Assembly (NCBI GenBank): GCA_963729195.1
Contig: CAVSNF010000025.1
Coordinates: 94,438 to 158,437, forward strand
Direction: 5' to 3'
DNA length: 64,000 bases
Source: an uncultured Actinomycetes bacterium
GTDB taxonomy: Bacteria; Actinomycetota; Thermoleophilia; Gaiellales; JAICJC01
The position numbers and the translations under genes are program-made. The notes beneath the pieces were generated by a model, which ran no database searches, was not told where the DNA came from, and saw only the letters and a program-made list of their open reading frames with translations. Positions 9,679 through 19,247 of the stretch are shown here, one piece after another; position 1 is the first letter of the stretch, and the number at the start of each line of letters is the position of its first letter.

Positions 9679-10617
9679 TCAGCCCATCGGCGAGAAGTAC
9701 GACAGGCGCCCCCACGCTCGGTATGCCGCCAATGTCTTTGTGTTTCGGGTCACCCGGAAGTCGTAGCCCTTGGGGCTGATCGAGTCGAAGTAGTTGACCG
9801 ACTTCACGTCCGGGTGGGACTGGATCCACTCGGCACCGTCGGCGATCCATCCCGGCGTGCGGGGATCGTTGGCGGGCGACGCCGTCTCGGGAATCATCAT
9901 CGGTTTGCCCTGGGCGACGGCGAACTGATAGGCGGCGCCGAAGATCGTTTCCCAATCGCGAAACCTGGAACCCGGGAAGTTGTAGCCGTCCGGGCCGACC
10001 CAATCGACGTAGTCGGATCCCGGCCAGAAGGTCTGGGCAACGGCCCGCTTGAAGTCGAACGCCATCGGCGACCACACGAATCGGACGTTGGCGGCCCCGA
10101 CCGAGCGAAAGATCGAGTACGTGCGCTTCCAGGCAGCCACCACCTGAGGTGCCGATCCGATGTAGCGAGGATGACCGACCGGTTGATCGAATTCGAAGAA
10201 CGGCCGCAGCAGGATCCGGCCGCCGAGCGCCTTCATGTTGGTCGCAGCCGACCGGATCACCGCATCCTGCCGGCCGGCGGCAATCGAGGCCGCGTCGGTG
10301 GTCTTGGCTGCAGACCACGACAGCAGGACGATGTGGCCCGAGTTGATGATCGGAGCGATCTGCTGCGCCCAGGCAGCGAACGTCCACGGGATGTACTTGT
10401 GCACCGCCGCCAGCTTGCGGCCGAGCGTTGGCTCGAGCGTCTGGTATCCCCCATCCTCATTCGGGAAGGCACCCCAAAGCACTCCCTGCACCGGTGCGAA
10501 GCTGGATCCCAGCGTCACGCTCGACGCTGCCTGGGCCTGGGTGGCACCGGCAGTCACGATTCCCAACGCGAGAATCATGACTGCAATTCGGGAGTGTGAT
10601 CTCATCAGTTTTTGCAT
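9679..10617 (-). CDS. Secreted glycoside hydrolase family 26-like protein
   Basis: Signal peptide; RPFFEFD (acid/base), VWSP, WPGSDYVDWVGPDGYN, KPMMIPET (nucleophile). Confidence 0.8.
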   Translation of the reverse strand: MQKLMRSHSRIAVMILALGIVTAGATQAQAASSVTLGSSFAPVQGVLWGAFPNEDGGYQTLEPTLGRKLAAVHKYIPWTFAAWAQQIAPIINSGHIVLLSWSAAKTTDAASIAAGRQDAVIRSAATNMKALGGRILLRPFFEFDQPVGHPRYIGSAPQVVAAWKRTYSIFRSVGAANVRFVWSPMAFDFKRAVAQTFWPGSDYVDWVGPDGYNFPGSRFRDWETIFGAAYQFAVAQGKPMMIPETASPANDPRTPGWIADGAEWIQSHPDVKSVNYFDSISPKGYDFRVTRNTKTLAAYRAWGRLSYFSPMG

Positions 10618-10706
10618 TCGACCAGTTTGATCGATACCTGTGAGCGGCGATCAAGGCTCAGGCAAGAACTCTGTAAACTCGAGTGCGGCCCACGCCACGC
10701 GGTCTT

Positions 10707-10779
10707 GCCGAGGTAGCTCAACTGGCAGAGCACCTGATTTGTAATCAGGCGGTTCGGGGTTCGAGTCCCCGCCTCGGCT
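10707..10779 (+). tRNA. tRNA-Thr(TGT)
   Basis: GCCGAGG-TAGCTCAACTGGCAGAGCA-CCTGA-TT-TGT-AA-TCAGG...GGTTCGAGTCC-CCTCGGC-T cloverleaf, followed by a T-run. Confidence 0.95.
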
Positions 10780-10912
10780 TTCTTTTGGGTGTGGACCAGG
10801 GGGCCACCTGAGGCGAGCGGGATCGGCCCGGCCTACGGTCGCTTGTGAGACTCCCAAGGAGGCCCATGTGGGCGATGCTGCGAACGCCCACGACCCGGGA
10901 CGAGGCTCGGCC

Positions 10913-11989
10913 TTAGGTGGCCGAACCGAGCGTGACCGTGGCCTCGGCGGTCTGGCCGTCACGGAAGTAGGTCACGGTGACGGTGTCGCCCGGCTTTTTG
11001 GTCAGAGTCAGGCTCTCGAGCAGCGTGCCGTTGGCTGTCTGGCCATCCAGCTTGGTGATCACGTCGCCCACCTGAAGGCCCGCCGATTGGGCCGGCCCGC
11101 CGGGCTGAATGGCGTTGATGAAGAGCCCCTCCGGCTTGTCGGCCTGGCTGGCCGCCGACGGGGGCACCGGCACGGTTCCGACGCCGAAGGAAGAGTGTGT
11201 GACCGAGCCGTTGGCGATCAGCTCGTCGGCGATCTGGATCGCATAGGTAACCGGGATGGCGAAGCCCAGGCCGATGCTGCCGCCCCCGCCGTCGGGAAGC
11301 TGCGCTCCCGCGGTGGGCACGCCCACCAGATCATCGCCACAATTCACCAGGGCACCGCCGCTGTTTCCCGGATTGATGGCTGCGTCGGTCTGAAGCGCCC
11401 CCACCAAGAGCGCCTGGCCACCGTTATCACCCGGCACGTGCACGTTGCGATCGAGCGCACTCACGATGCCCGAGGTGACGGTACCCGAGAGGCCCAGCGG
11501 CGCACCCAGCGCGACCACCGGCTGGCCCACATTCACATCGTCGGACGCCCCCACGCCGATCACCTTGAGCGTGAACGGCGGCTTGACCTTGAGCACAGCC
11601 AGATCGGTCTGCGGATCTCGTCCGGTGATGACCGCGTCGGCGCTCGTGCCGTCCGAGAACAGCACTTTCGTCGAGCCGCCGTCGGCGGCTTGCGAGATGA
11701 CGTGGTTGTTGGTCAGGATGTAGCCGTCCGACCGGATTACCTCGCCCGATCCGGTACCCGCCCCGGTGGCGCCGTTGGCGCTGATCGTGACCACCGAGGG
11801 CAGCACGTTGTCGGCCACCGACACGACATTGCAACCCGAGCCCGAGGACGAACCAGAGCTATTGCTCTTGTATAGGTACACAGCGAGGATGACCATCCCG
11901 GCGACCAGCACAATCGCGGCCAGGATCAGCCCATAGGGCGAACGTCTCTTGGCCCGACGACCGGGTTGGTGGCTGATTTCGCTGCCCAA
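10913..11989 (-). CDS. HtrA/DegP-family membrane-anchored serine protease with PDZ
   Basis: N-terminal TM; TNNHV, DLAVL, AAINPGNSGG catalytic triad; PDZ GLQVGDVI. Confidence 0.93.
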   Translation of the reverse strand: MGSEISHQPGRRAKRRSPYGLILAAIVLVAGMVILAVYLYKSNSSGSSSGSGCNVVSVADNVLPSVVTISANGATGAGTGSGEVIRSDGYILTNNHVISQAADGGSTKVLFSDGTSADAVITGRDPQTDLAVLKVKPPFTLKVIGVGASDDVNVGQPVVALGAPLGLSGTVTSGIVSALDRNVHVPGDNGGQALLVGALQTDAAINPGNSGGALVNCGDDLVGVPTAGAQLPDGGGGSIGLGFAIPVTYAIQIADELIANGSVTHSSFGVGTVPVPPSAASQADKPEGLFINAIQPGGPAQSAGLQVGDVITKLDGQTANGTLLESLTLTKKPGDTVTVTYFRDGQTAEATVTLGSAT

Positions 11990-12054
11990 AAGCGCCAGCG
12001 AGCCTACACCAAACGACCCCCGCTGACCGAAGCGAGAGGCTACAGTCGGGCGCG

Positions 12055-12819
12055 ATGGTACGCCCCGCGATCATGGTTACCGGCGCGCTGATGTTGCTCC
12101 TCCTCCCAGCCTGTGGGAGCGACGGCGGGTCATCGCCTGCATCGTTGGACGGCACATCGTGGAGCCTGATTACGGTGGGTGACACGAGTGCTCACCCTGG
12201 TGGGATGCTCGGCTTCGACGGGGGCAAGCTGACGGGAGCGACCGGCTGCAACTCGTTCGGCGGCAGCTACGAACAGTCGGGCGACTCGCTCAAGATCACC
12301 CTCGGAGCCACGACCAGGATCGGCTGTCCACCCCCGCTGGATGTGCAGGAGCGGGCGGTGCTTGAGGCACTCCCCAGTACCGCGGGGTTCACAGAGCAAA
12401 GCGGCAAGCTGACGCTGCTCGACGCCTCGGGAGCGCCGCTTCTGACCTACACCCACCTCAGCGCCTCTGCGCTGGTCGGCACGGCGTGGGAGGTGACCGG
12501 CATCAACACCGGCACCGCCGTCAGCTCGCCGATTATCGGCAGCACGGTCACCGCCACGTTCGATGACGCCGGCCGGGTCACCGGCACGGCCGGCTGCAAC
12601 AACTACACGTCCGGCTACACACTCCACGGCGACACGCTGGCGGTCGATCCGGTCGCCTCGACCAGCATGGCCTGCAACTCGCCGGCCGGCGTGATGGAGC
12701 AGGAGACGGCGTTCCTGATGGCGCTCGAACGGTCGACCACGGTCGAGGCGGCCGCGACGGGATACACCTTGCGCGACTCAAGCGGCTCGATCCAGCTGAC
12801 GCTGAGCGAACCTTCCTGA
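12055..12819 (+). CDS. Lipoprotein with two META (HslJ-like) domains
   Basis: Lipobox LPAC; two repeats GATGCNSFGGSY and GTAGCNNYTSGY, with T..GC and STSMAC. Confidence 0.85.
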   Translation: MVRPAIMVTGALMLLLLPACGSDGGSSPASLDGTSWSLITVGDTSAHPGGMLGFDGGKLTGATGCNSFGGSYEQSGDSLKITLGATTRIGCPPPLDVQERAVLEALPSTAGFTEQSGKLTLLDASGAPLLTYTHLSASALVGTAWEVTGINTGTAVSSPIIGSTVTATFDDAGRVTGTAGCNNYTSGYTLHGDTLAVDPVASTSMACNSPAGVMEQETAFLMALERSTTVEAAATGYTLRDSSGSIQLTLSEPS

Positions 12820-12841
12820 GCAGCGGGCGGGCAGCGCCCTG

Positions 12842-13171
12842 CTATGCCGAGAACCCCCACACCACCCACGTGGGGAAGAGCAACGTCGCGAGATTTCCGA
12901 TCAGGGCAAACCCGGTGATCAGGATGGGCACGCGCGGCCGCCTCGAGAGCGCCGCGCTGACCGCGGCCATAAACGTCACCACCAGGGCTGGGATGGCGCC
13001 CACCGAGCCGAGAATGACCGCCATGGCACCGAGGTCGAACGCGTGCCCGCCGATGCGGCCGACGAGCATCTCCTCGAGCACCAAGCACCATCCCACCACC
13101 GCGAGCAGCGGTGGGATGCACGCGAGTTTAAGATCGTCCCGGTCGGCGGTGTGAGCGGATGTGGTCTGCAT
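12842..13171 (-). CDS. Small hypothetical membrane protein
   Basis: 109 aa with three hydrophobic segments, filling the gap between neighbouring genes. Confidence 0.45.
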   Translation of the reverse strand: MQTTSAHTADRDDLKLACIPPLLAVVGWCLVLEEMLVGRIGGHAFDLGAMAVILGSVGAIPALVVTFMAAVSAALSRRPRVPILITGFALIGNLATLLFPTWVVWGFSA

Positions 13172-13265
13172 GTGCACAGGATCGTCCCGCAGCTGCGGCC
13201 GCGCATCGGGGGAACCCCCATCGTTGTCATCTGCTCGGCTTGGCCGCTCTTGGTAGGCTCGGGCG

Positions 13266-14639
13266 GTGCCGGCCGCGTTTGAGATCACCGCCAGCGGCCA
13301 CCTCGAAATCGACGGCTGCGATGTGGTCGATCTGGTGGCCGAGCACGGCGCGCCACTTTGGGTGATCTCCGAGGCGACCATCCGGGCCAACTACGTGCGA
13401 CTGCGAGATGCGTTTCGCCGCGTCCACGCGGCCACCACCGTGCTGTATGCGACCAAGGCAAATCCAGAGCCGGCGATCATCCGGGTGGCACTGTCGGAGG
13501 GCGCGATGGTGGACGCCGTCACGCTCGGGCACATGCGCCTGATCGAGCGCGCCGGCGGCCGGCCGGAGCAGATCGTGCTCAACGGCAACTCAAAGACCGA
13601 GGCCGAGCTGCGATTCGCGCTGGCCAATCGCATCGCCATGATCAACGTCGACTCGCTGGCCGAGATGGAGCTGATCGCAGAGCTGGCCCCGCAGGCCGCG
13701 GGCGGCCGTCGCCAGCCGGTGTGTCTGCGGGTCGCATTCGACAACACCCGCGTCACCGGCGACGACGCCGAGCTGGCCGGCTACGAGCACCTGGGCAAGT
13801 TCGGCATGGACCCGATCGACGTGCTGGCCGCAGCCGAGATCGCCCGCCGCCATCCCGGCATCGAGCTGGCCGGGCTGCACAACCACATCGGCTATCCCGG
13901 CTACGGCGAGACCTACTCACCCACGCTCGACCTGGAGCGTCACGTCGCCTACCTGACCCAGACGCTGGAGGTCGCGCGCACGCTCCGCGACGACGGCCCC
14001 ATGCTGCGCGTGCTGAATGTCGGCGGCGGCTACCGGGTGGGAAACCCGGCCGGGTTCGGGCCGGGAGGGCCGACCGTGTTTCCGACCGTCGAGCAGTACG
14101 CCGAGGCGATCGCCGGCTGCGCGCGCGACCTCTGTGCCGAGTGGGAGTTGGGATCGCCGGAGCTGATCCTCGAGGCCGGCGGCTATCTGGTGTCCGACGC
14201 GGTCGCCCTGATCGGCCGGCTGGGCGGGTCGAAGACGCGCCGTGCCGGCACCGAGCAACGCAGCTGGATCTTCCTCGAGGACACCTCGAGCTACCACTTC
14301 GTGCGACGCATGATGTACGGATTCCATCACCAGGTGGTGGCTGCCGGCCGGATGCACGACTCCCCCGACGGCCTCGTCTCGATCGCCGGGCCGGTGTGCA
14401 CCGACGATGATGTTGCCATCGACGCGCCGTTGCCACAGCTTCACCGCGGCGACCTGGTCGCGGTGCTCGACAACGGCTCGTACTGTGAGGCGATCACCAC
14501 TGACTACTGCGCGGTGCCGATCCCCGCCGCGGTGATGGTCTCGGACGGCCGCTCCTCAATCACCCGCAAACGCGAGACGGTCGACGACCTGGTGGCCCGG
14601 TTCGATGTCCCCAGCTGGCTCGAGGTGGTCACCACGTGA
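13266..14639 (+). CDS. Fold-type III PLP-dependent decarboxylase (LysA-like, divergent)
   Basis: YATKAN PLP lysine, NGNSKT, KFG, GLHNHIG, NVGGG, GPVC, GSY. Confidence 0.8.
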   Translation: MPAAFEITASGHLEIDGCDVVDLVAEHGAPLWVISEATIRANYVRLRDAFRRVHAATTVLYATKANPEPAIIRVALSEGAMVDAVTLGHMRLIERAGGRPEQIVLNGNSKTEAELRFALANRIAMINVDSLAEMELIAELAPQAAGGRRQPVCLRVAFDNTRVTGDDAELAGYEHLGKFGMDPIDVLAAAEIARRHPGIELAGLHNHIGYPGYGETYSPTLDLERHVAYLTQTLEVARTLRDDGPMLRVLNVGGGYRVGNPAGFGPGGPTVFPTVEQYAEAIAGCARDLCAEWELGSPELILEAGGYLVSDAVALIGRLGGSKTRRAGTEQRSWIFLEDTSSYHFVRRMMYGFHHQVVAAGRMHDSPDGLVSIAGPVCTDDDVAIDAPLPQLHRGDLVAVLDNGSYCEAITTDYCAVPIPAAVMVSDGRSSITRKRETVDDLVARFDVPSWLEVVTT

Positions 14640-15559
14640 GGCTCGGATTTCTGACAGCGTGCATGCCCGAGCGAAGTCTCGAGGACATCGCCACCTGGGC
14701 GGCGGACAATGGCTATGAGGCGCTCGAGCTCGCCGCCTGGCCTCAGCTCGGCGACCGACCGTTCACGGCCAGCCACATCAGGGCGGATGACTTCGACGAA
14801 GCCGAAGCCGAGCGCGTGCGCCGCACGCTGGACGATCACGGGCTGACCCTCTCCGCGCTCGCCTACTACGACAACAACCTGGCACCGGTCGCTTCAGAGC
14901 GCGAGGCCTACCACGCGCATCTGCGGGCATGTATCGACGCGGCGGCCGTGCTCGGCGGCGTCCCCGTCGGCACATTCATCGGCCGCGACCCCGGACTCAG
15001 TGTGTCCGAGAATCTGCGTGAGGCCGAGCGCGTGTTTCCGCCGCTGGTCGACTACGCGGGTGAGCGCGGCGTGCGACTGATGATCGAAAACTGCCCGATG
15101 GAAGGGTGGCATCCGGACGGCTACCCCGGCAACCTCGCGTACTCGCCCGAGCTGTGGGAATGGATGTTCGAACTCGGCCTCTATCTCAACTTCGACCCGT
15201 CGCATCTGCTGTGGCTCGGGATCGACCCCGTCGAAGCCGTGCGGCCCTACGTCGATCGCGTCGAGCACGCCCACGCCAAGGACGCCGAGACGTTCCCCAG
15301 CGAGCGCAACCGCTACGGCTTCTTCGGTCGGATCTCCACGCGCGAGCACCAGCCGTGGGACATGGGCTGGTGGCGGTACCGGATTCCAGGTCTCGGGCAA
15401 GTCGACTTCGGCCGCTACGTCGACATGCTGTACGAGGGCGGGTTCGACGGCGTGCTGTCAGTCGAGCATGAGGATCCCGTATGGGGCGGCTCCCCTGACC
15501 TGGTGGAGGCGGGCCTTCGGATCGCCCACGACAACCTCCGCGGGCTGGTTGTGCGATGA
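14636..15559 (+). CDS. Sugar phosphate isomerase/epimerase (AP endonuclease 2 TIM barrel)
   Basis: IENCPM, NFDPSHL, HAHAKDAE, PGLGQVDF, SVEHED. GTGA overlap with the upstream gene. Confidence 0.85.
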   Translation: MRLGFLTACMPERSLEDIATWAADNGYEALELAAWPQLGDRPFTASHIRADDFDEAEAERVRRTLDDHGLTLSALAYYDNNLAPVASEREAYHAHLRACIDAAAVLGGVPVGTFIGRDPGLSVSENLREAERVFPPLVDYAGERGVRLMIENCPMEGWHPDGYPGNLAYSPELWEWMFELGLYLNFDPSHLLWLGIDPVEAVRPYVDRVEHAHAKDAETFPSERNRYGFFGRISTREHQPWDMGWWRYRIPGLGQVDFGRYVDMLYEGGFDGVLSVEHEDPVWGGSPDLVEAGLRIAHDNLRGLVVR

Positions 15560-15602
15560 CCAAATTGTGGGATGATGCGGAGAGCGTGTCCATTGCCACA
15601 AG

Positions 15603-15920
15603 ATGGGAGGATCGATGATCGGCACCATTGTCAGCATCGGACCGAGCGAGAGCCTCGACCGCAGCCGCGCGTCGAGCGTCGCCGAACAGGCGGGGCCAGT
15701 GTTTGAAGGCATGCCGGGCCTACGCAGCAAGGTGTTCATGTGGGACGACCAGGCCGCGACCGTTACCAACGTGTACGTGTGGGAATCGGAGGAGGCCGCT
15801 CGGGCGTTCTTCACCCCAGCACTCGTGCAGCAGGTGATCGAGCTCTACGGTGTCGAGCCGCGGGTGCAGTTCACCGAGGTATCGGCCCTGGTCGATAACG
15901 GCGCGGCCGTTACCGCCTAA
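15603..15920 (+). CDS. YdhR-like dimeric alpha/beta-barrel protein (putative monooxygenase)
   Basis: MPGLRSKVF...NVYVWESEEAARAFF. Confidence 0.65.
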   Translation: MGGSMIGTIVSIGPSESLDRSRASSVAEQAGPVFEGMPGLRSKVFMWDDQAATVTNVYVWESEEAARAFFTPALVQQVIELYGVEPRVQFTEVSALVDNGAAVTA

Positions 15921-15921
15921 T

Positions 15922-16341
15922 TCACGGAGTGTCGCGTGGCGGCCACTCCACCAGTGGCGTCCCGATCTCCCAGTGGTGCCCGAACGGATCCTCGATCCGG
16001 CCGAGCAGCCAGCCGTGCGCGCGTTCGGCCGGGTGGATCACGGTTGCGCCGAGGGCTTCCGCGCGGTCGATCACGCTCTGAGGATCCTGGTCGATCAAGA
16101 GCAGCCGAACGGTGGTGCCGCCGAGCGACTCCGGGCTGAAATGATTATTCGGCGGCGACTCATCCGACACCCAAAACGACGCGTCGCCCACCGACAGCTG
16201 GGCGACGACCTCCTCGTGTGCATCCGTGCCGCCCACGCGGTACAGCTCCACCGCACCGAACGCGGCCTTGTAGAACTCGATCGCTGCGCGACCGCGCCGC
16301 ACTGACAGCTGGGGTGAGACGCTCACGTCGGCGGTGAGCAT
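15922..16341 (-). CDS. VOC/glyoxalase family (PhnB-like) protein
   Basis: AAIEFYKAAFGA...GRIEDPFGHHWEI. Confidence 0.88.
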   Translation of the reverse strand: MLTADVSVSPQLSVRRGRAAIEFYKAAFGAVELYRVGGTDAHEEVVAQLSVGDASFWVSDESPPNNHFSPESLGGTTVRLLLIDQDPQSVIDRAEALGATVIHPAERAHGWLLGRIEDPFGHHWEIGTPLVEWPPRDTP

Positions 16342-16367
16342 ATCCGGAGTACAGCGGAGTCCCGTAG

Positions 16368-16400
16368 TGGCAAAACTCTACCGCATACGGTAGACTTTTG
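16368..16400 (+). promoter_or_regulatory. Promoter overlapped by a 13-bp inverted repeat (probable autoregulatory operator)
   Basis: TGGCAA-N17-TAGACT; IR CAAAACTCTACCG-cata-CGGTAGACTTTTG (1 mismatch) at 16371-16400; ATG 7 nt after the -10. Confidence 0.6.
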
Positions 16401-16403
16401 TCC

Positions 16404-17105
16404 ATGGATATCCTGGCACTCTCCACCTCTGAGGCCGCTGCCGAGCTTTGCGTAAACGACCGGCGCGTGCGGCAACTCGTGGACGCGGGGCTGCTCGATG
16501 CGCAGAAGCTCGGTGGACGTCTCCTGATTGACCATGGAAGCGTCCGCCGGCTGAGGAATGCCCACCGCGAGCCCGGCCGGGCATTGACGCCGAAGAATGC
16601 TTGGGGCCTGCTCAACCTCGCGAGTGGCAAGCCGTTCCGGGGAGGGGATCCGAAGTCGCGCTCGCGCATTAAGCACTACCTCGACGATTCCGGCGATGTT
16701 GCGCGGGTGGCCCATCGACTCAGCCGGCGGGGCGAGGCGCACTTTCTGCGCGGCCACCGACAGGACGTTGAGGCGATCGCTGCCGACGATCGGCTTGTCC
16801 TCAGCGGAGCAAGCGCCACCGACCACTTCGGGTTCGACCTTGTCGCCCCGGGTGTGCTCGAGGCGTATGCCGATCCCCGGCTCTACGACGACATCCGCCG
16901 GCGGTTCTTCCTCGAATCCGACAACGACTCGCCGAACGTCATTCTTCGGATCGTTCCATCGGCTGTGTGGGATGAGATCTCGGGCGAACGGTACGCACCT
17001 GCAGCGGCTGCTGCAATCGACCTATTCGAGTCTCGGGACGAACGGAGTCGACGAGCGGGCCGCGAGTACCTCGTCGGCATGGGCGGTGACGATGCCGCCC
17101 GTTGA
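16404..17105 (+). CDS. Excisionase-type HTH plus AbiEi-like type IV antitoxin/regulator
   Basis: N-terminal LSTSEAAAELCVNDRRVRQLV (HTH_17-like); C-terminal LSGASA...EAYAD...PNVILR...AAIDLFESRDERSRRAG. Confidence 0.65.
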   Translation: MDILALSTSEAAAELCVNDRRVRQLVDAGLLDAQKLGGRLLIDHGSVRRLRNAHREPGRALTPKNAWGLLNLASGKPFRGGDPKSRSRIKHYLDDSGDVARVAHRLSRRGEAHFLRGHRQDVEAIAADDRLVLSGASATDHFGFDLVAPGVLEAYADPRLYDDIRRRFFLESDNDSPNVILRIVPSAVWDEISGERYAPAAAAAIDLFESRDERSRRAGREYLVGMGGDDAAR

Positions 17106-17221
17106 GATCCCGCCGGTGGGTTCCACCCTGGGCGAGATCAACGCCTGACCGCGCGACGCGGGCTGCACCTGTTCGGCGTGATCGACGGCTGACCACCAAA
17201 GTGTGCCAATCCTCGGAGGTC

Positions 17222-17256
17222 AGTCGGGCGGCCGCACTCGCTGCGACCGCCCGACT
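17222..17256. terminator. GC-rich hairpin between convergent genes
   Basis: AGTCGGGCGGCCGCA-ctcgc-TGCGACCGCCCGACT, near-perfect stem. Confidence 0.5.
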
Positions 17257-17265
17257 CAGCGACCC

Positions 17266-17955
17266 CTAGTTCGAGATCTTGATGTAGTCGATATCGCCGG
17301 TGTAGTAATCACACGTCGTGGTGATCTGGTCGCACTGGAGCTTGCCTGCGACGGTGATCGGACGCGAGTTGGAGATCGTGCCGAGGCTGCCCGACGCGGT
17401 CTTCACAACCTGGCCGTCGACGCTGAGCGTCAGCTTGTTGGACGTGCGTGCGCACACCGCGGTGTGCCAGTTGCCGTCGCTGAGCACGGCCGGCGACTGC
17501 ACCGAGGCACTCTTGCTGGAGCCCTTCATCAGGCACTTGATGCGGCCGTTGGGGTTCTCGATCTTCCAGTAGCCGGATGACCCCGCCTGGCCCTTCTGCA
17601 CCATGTTTCCGAAGTGCTGGGTGGTGCGATACCGGATCGTCACCGTGTAATTCCCTGTCCCCGGGTTCAAACTGCTGTGGTTTGCCACCTGCACCAGGCG
17701 CTCGGGCTTGGCCGGCGGCGCGGTGGGGCTTACGAACGCCCACCGATATCCAGTCGCCCCCATCACACTCACTCCGGTCTGAAGCCCCGACCCGATCGTG
17801 CCGTTGTAGTGGTTGGGCCCACTGTCGATCATGGTGTGAGCTCCAGGCCCCTCATTCATCTCCCAATCCGCGAGTGTGGCCGCGGATGCAGGTGCAACGA
17901 ACGCTACGCCCACAACCAGCACTGCGACCAGCGGTGCCCCGAAACTCTTCCTCAT
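17266..17955 (-). CDS. Secreted LamG/concanavalin-like jelly-roll protein
   Basis: Signal peptide; WEMNEG, SDGNWHTAVC, LSVDG, YYTGDIDYI. Confidence 0.75.
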   Translation of the reverse strand: MRKSFGAPLVAVLVVGVAFVAPASAATLADWEMNEGPGAHTMIDSGPNHYNGTIGSGLQTGVSVMGATGYRWAFVSPTAPPAKPERLVQVANHSSLNPGTGNYTVTIRYRTTQHFGNMVQKGQAGSSGYWKIENPNGRIKCLMKGSSKSASVQSPAVLSDGNWHTAVCARTSNKLTLSVDGQVVKTASGSLGTISNSRPITVAGKLQCDQITTTCDYYTGDIDYIKISN

Positions 17956-18035
17956 AGCGCCCTCCCCAAGACGTTTTGGCTATTCCAGGAGCTAAGCCAA
18001 AATAAACTGTATACCTACGGGACGATGGACGGCTC

Positions 18036-19247
18036 TCAACCCTCATCGTGGCGTTGATCCACGACCAATCCCGGTCGCAGCCACAGGCTCGCGTGGCTCG
18101 GCTGCAAGGTTGTGTTGACGACGTCCAGCACTCCGGCCGACAACGAGTCAAGCTCGATCTGGTGGCGTAACCGGCCGGCGAACACGTCGAGCGTGTTGGC
18201 CGCGTCGTACTTCCCACGGTAGAAGCGGTGGTCGACCGCCCGCTGAATGCGCGACCGCAGCGGCTGGAAGGCCGCGGCAACGATCAGTGTCGAGATCGTC
18301 ACCGCCAGCGCACCGGACTGACCTGTGAGCGACCGAAACGCCCATCCCATCAGCGAAATCCCGCCAAGATAGACGAGGGCCAGCACCAGGATCAGCGCCG
18401 CGTAGATCAGCGTGCGGCGGATGATCACATCGATCTCGTACAGCCGGTATCGGAGGATCGCAATCCCGGTGGCGACCACCAGGCCGGTTCCGGCGGCCGC
18501 CAACAACGTCGAAAACGTGAGGCTCGACCAGTCACCCGGCAGCATCCACATCAACGGAGCCGACGCCACCACGATGGCTAGCACGCTGGCTGCACCGCCA
18601 AACCACTTCAGCTGCTGCCGCAGGAGTCCCGTCGCCCGGCGGTAGCGCCCGACCAACGAGACCGCGGCGGCCACCGTCATCACGAACACCGCCAACAGCC
18701 CGGGGAACGCAAGGAAGCCGGGAACGTCACCAAACGTCGCACCCAGGCCGTGCTTGCGGTCGAGAAGCGCGCCGGAGTCGAGGGTGACGACGTCGTCGGC
18801 GAACACGATCCCGAACACGAAGGCAACCAGCGCCGCCAGCCAGAGCACCCCCACCACCCGCCATCTCCGAGACGGCAGCCGGCCCTCGGGAAACAGCACC
18901 AGCAGCGGCGGTAAGACGAGTAGCACCAGCGGTTCGAACACCGCCGCCCCCAGTGCTGCCACTTCGCGGCCGGGAAGACCCAGCGACGCGGAGGAGTACG
19001 CATCCCAGAGCTTTCCCAGCGGCACGATCAATCCGATGGCGAGAAACAGCCAGCCGATCGGATTGCGAGGCACCCGCAGACACAGCACCAACCCCACCGT
19101 CGCGCATCCCATGGTCGGAGCCACCGGGATCAACACCCACGACAGGGGCAAATCCGCGCGCACTGTGAGCACCACCGCGCACACCATCGCCGCGACCGAG
19201 ATCGCCCACACCGACCACACGAACCGCTCTCTCGTGATCAAGCTCAC
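18036..19247 (-). CDS. Multi-pass membrane protein resembling the sensor region of actinobacterial histidine kinases (no kinase domain)
   Basis: NPIGWLF, LFPEGRLPSRRWR, RQQLKW, AILRYRLYEID, FQPLRSRIQRAVDHRF. Confidence 0.7.
   Translation of the reverse strand: MSLITRERFVWSVWAISVAAMVCAVVLTVRADLPLSWVLIPVAPTMGCATVGLVLCLRVPRNPIGWLFLAIGLIVPLGKLWDAYSSASLGLPGREVAALGAAVFEPLVLLVLPPLLVLFPEGRLPSRRWRVVGVLWLAALVAFVFGIVFADDVVTLDSGALLDRKHGLGATFGDVPGFLAFPGLLAVFVMTVAAAVSLVGRYRRATGLLRQQLKWFGGAASVLAIVVASAPLMWMLPGDWSSLTFSTLLAAAGTGLVVATGIAILRYRLYEIDVIIRRTLIYAALILVLALVYLGGISLMGWAFRSLTGQSGALAVTISTLIVAAAFQPLRSRIQRAVDHRFYRGKYDAANTLDVFAGRLRHQIELDSLSAGVLDVVNTTLQPSHASLWLRPGLVVDQRHDEG

Noticed and set aside
11989-12055. 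HtrA as a member of the MprA-like regulon (as pepD is in M. tuberculosis)
   Set aside because: No TCTCA(G/T)-N5-TCTCA(G/T) box is visible in its upstream region
13172-13265. Lysine riboswitch before the LysA-like gene
   Set aside because: The gap is under 100 nt, lacks L-box features, and a -10 element sits 6 nt from the start
10707-17148. Prophage or ICE integrated at tRNA-Thr
   Set aside because: No integrase or phage genes, and I saw no repeat of the tRNA 3' end downstream
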